Source: Pseudomonadales bacterium
Lineage (GTDB): Bacteria > Pseudomonadota > Gammaproteobacteria > Pseudomonadales > Azotimanducaceae
Reading direction: 5' to 3'
NCBI GenBank assembly: GCA_963693125.1
Contig: OY843767.1
Coordinates: forward strand, 2,795,549 to 2,859,548
DNA length: 64,000 nt
In this document: positions 63,658 to 64,000 of the stretch, one piece after another
Numbering within the stretch: position 1 is the first letter of the stretch
Layout of the letters: every line of letters starts with the position of its first letter
Notes under the pieces: generated by a model
Told to the model about the DNA's origin: nothing
The model's input: the letters and a program-made list of their open reading frames with translations, nothing else
Databases searched by the model: none
Made by a program: the position numbers and the translations under genes

Positions 63658-64000
63658 ATGGCATCGAAAAACAGCACCGTCCGCTGGGAGCGAGTCAGGG
63701 TTCCCAACGAGAAACCGGGGGCCGGGAGGACCGGCAGATACTGGCACAAGCTGGAGGACGGACGTCTGCAATGTGATGTCTGTCCAAGATATTGCAAGCT
63801 TCGAGAAGGTCAGCAGGGTCTCTGCTTTGTCCGGGCGCGACAGGGCGACGAGATCGTTCTGACGACCTATGGCAGGTCCAGCGGCTTCTGCATTGATCCC
63901 ATTGAAAAAAAACCACTGAATCATTTCCTGCCGGGCACGCCGATCCTGTCTTTCGGTACGGCGGGATGTAACCTTGCCTGCAAATTCTGTCAGAACTGGG
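63658..64000 (+). CDS. AmmeMemoRadiSam system radical SAM enzyme (N-terminal part; runs off window; absent from ORF track)
   Basis: Hand translation from the ATG at 63658 gives MASKNSTVRWERV...CDVCPRYCKL...GTAGCNLACKFCQNW (CxxxCxxC). GGGGAAG Shine-Dalgarno upstream. Confidence 0.8.
   Translation, partial: MASKNSTVRWERVRVPNEKPGAGRTGRYWHKLEDGRLQCDVCPRYCKLREGQQGLCFVRARQGDEIVLTTYGRSSGFCIDPIEKKPLNHFLPGTPILSFGTAGCNLACKFCQNW

Noticed and set aside
1-64000. Scan for rRNA, tRNA, CRISPR arrays and known defence-system genes.
   Set aside because: Reading both strands by eye, I recognised no tRNA-like T-arm or acceptor patterns, no regularly spaced direct repeats, and no nuclease, helicase or ATPase defence-type ORFs. 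A tRNAscan or Rfam run would be needed to exclude small RNAs.

Overview
Densely coding 64-kb chromosomal segment of about 65 genes. GC is roughly 52-65% on hand-counted lines. No rRNA, tRNA, CRISPR, transposase or integrase was recognised. GST, ChaC and tes-like gene order suggest a proteobacterial-type aerobic heterotroph, but that is inference. (1) Positions 1-9621 and 18808-41769 form a large steroid-nucleus and side-chain catabolism supercluster: OYE flavoprotein, two KstD-type flavoproteins, an overlapping fadE pair, many SDRs, kshA, two acyl-CoA ligases, a [2Fe-2S] ferredoxin, hsaA-hsaD-hsaE-hsaG-hsaF-hsaC, ipdABC, echA20, fadA6 and a MaoC hydratase. Its only visible regulators are two overlapping Lrp/AsnC genes. 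(2) The most unusual region is a visibly lower-GC ~9.2-kb island (9622-18807) that splits this cluster. It is one minus-strand operon: a UbiA-type polyprenyl-phosphate phosphoribosyltransferase, GtrA, DprE1-like and DprE2-like epimerase components, three tandem ~550-aa polytopic GT-C-like paralogs and a HAD-IB phosphatase. Together these look like a complete DPA-type D-arabinofuranose donor pathway plus candidate arabinofuranosyltransferases with no visible acceptor genes. The paralogs are near-identical except for a few sharp-edged rewritten patches in the C-terminal domain. One carries a 15-nt poly-G tract and the ubiA homolog carries a G8 tract. Relics of the dprE2 3' end at the paralog junctions record two separate duplication events. 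(3) Positions 41864-64000 hold mixed housekeeping and accessory genes: an orphan carboxyltransferase-MFS-ThDP enzyme-aldolase operon, M32 carboxypeptidase, TrmB/CBS, PhyH, a truncated LysR remnant, korAB, a kinase-like protein, GST, ChaC, ALDH, GNAT and an AmmeMemoRadiSam system with a fused B-A protein. A previously unannotated short palindromic repeat family occurs in six intergenic or gene-end positions. Several ORF-track starts were re-picked, and two edge-truncated genes missing from the track were added by hand translation.
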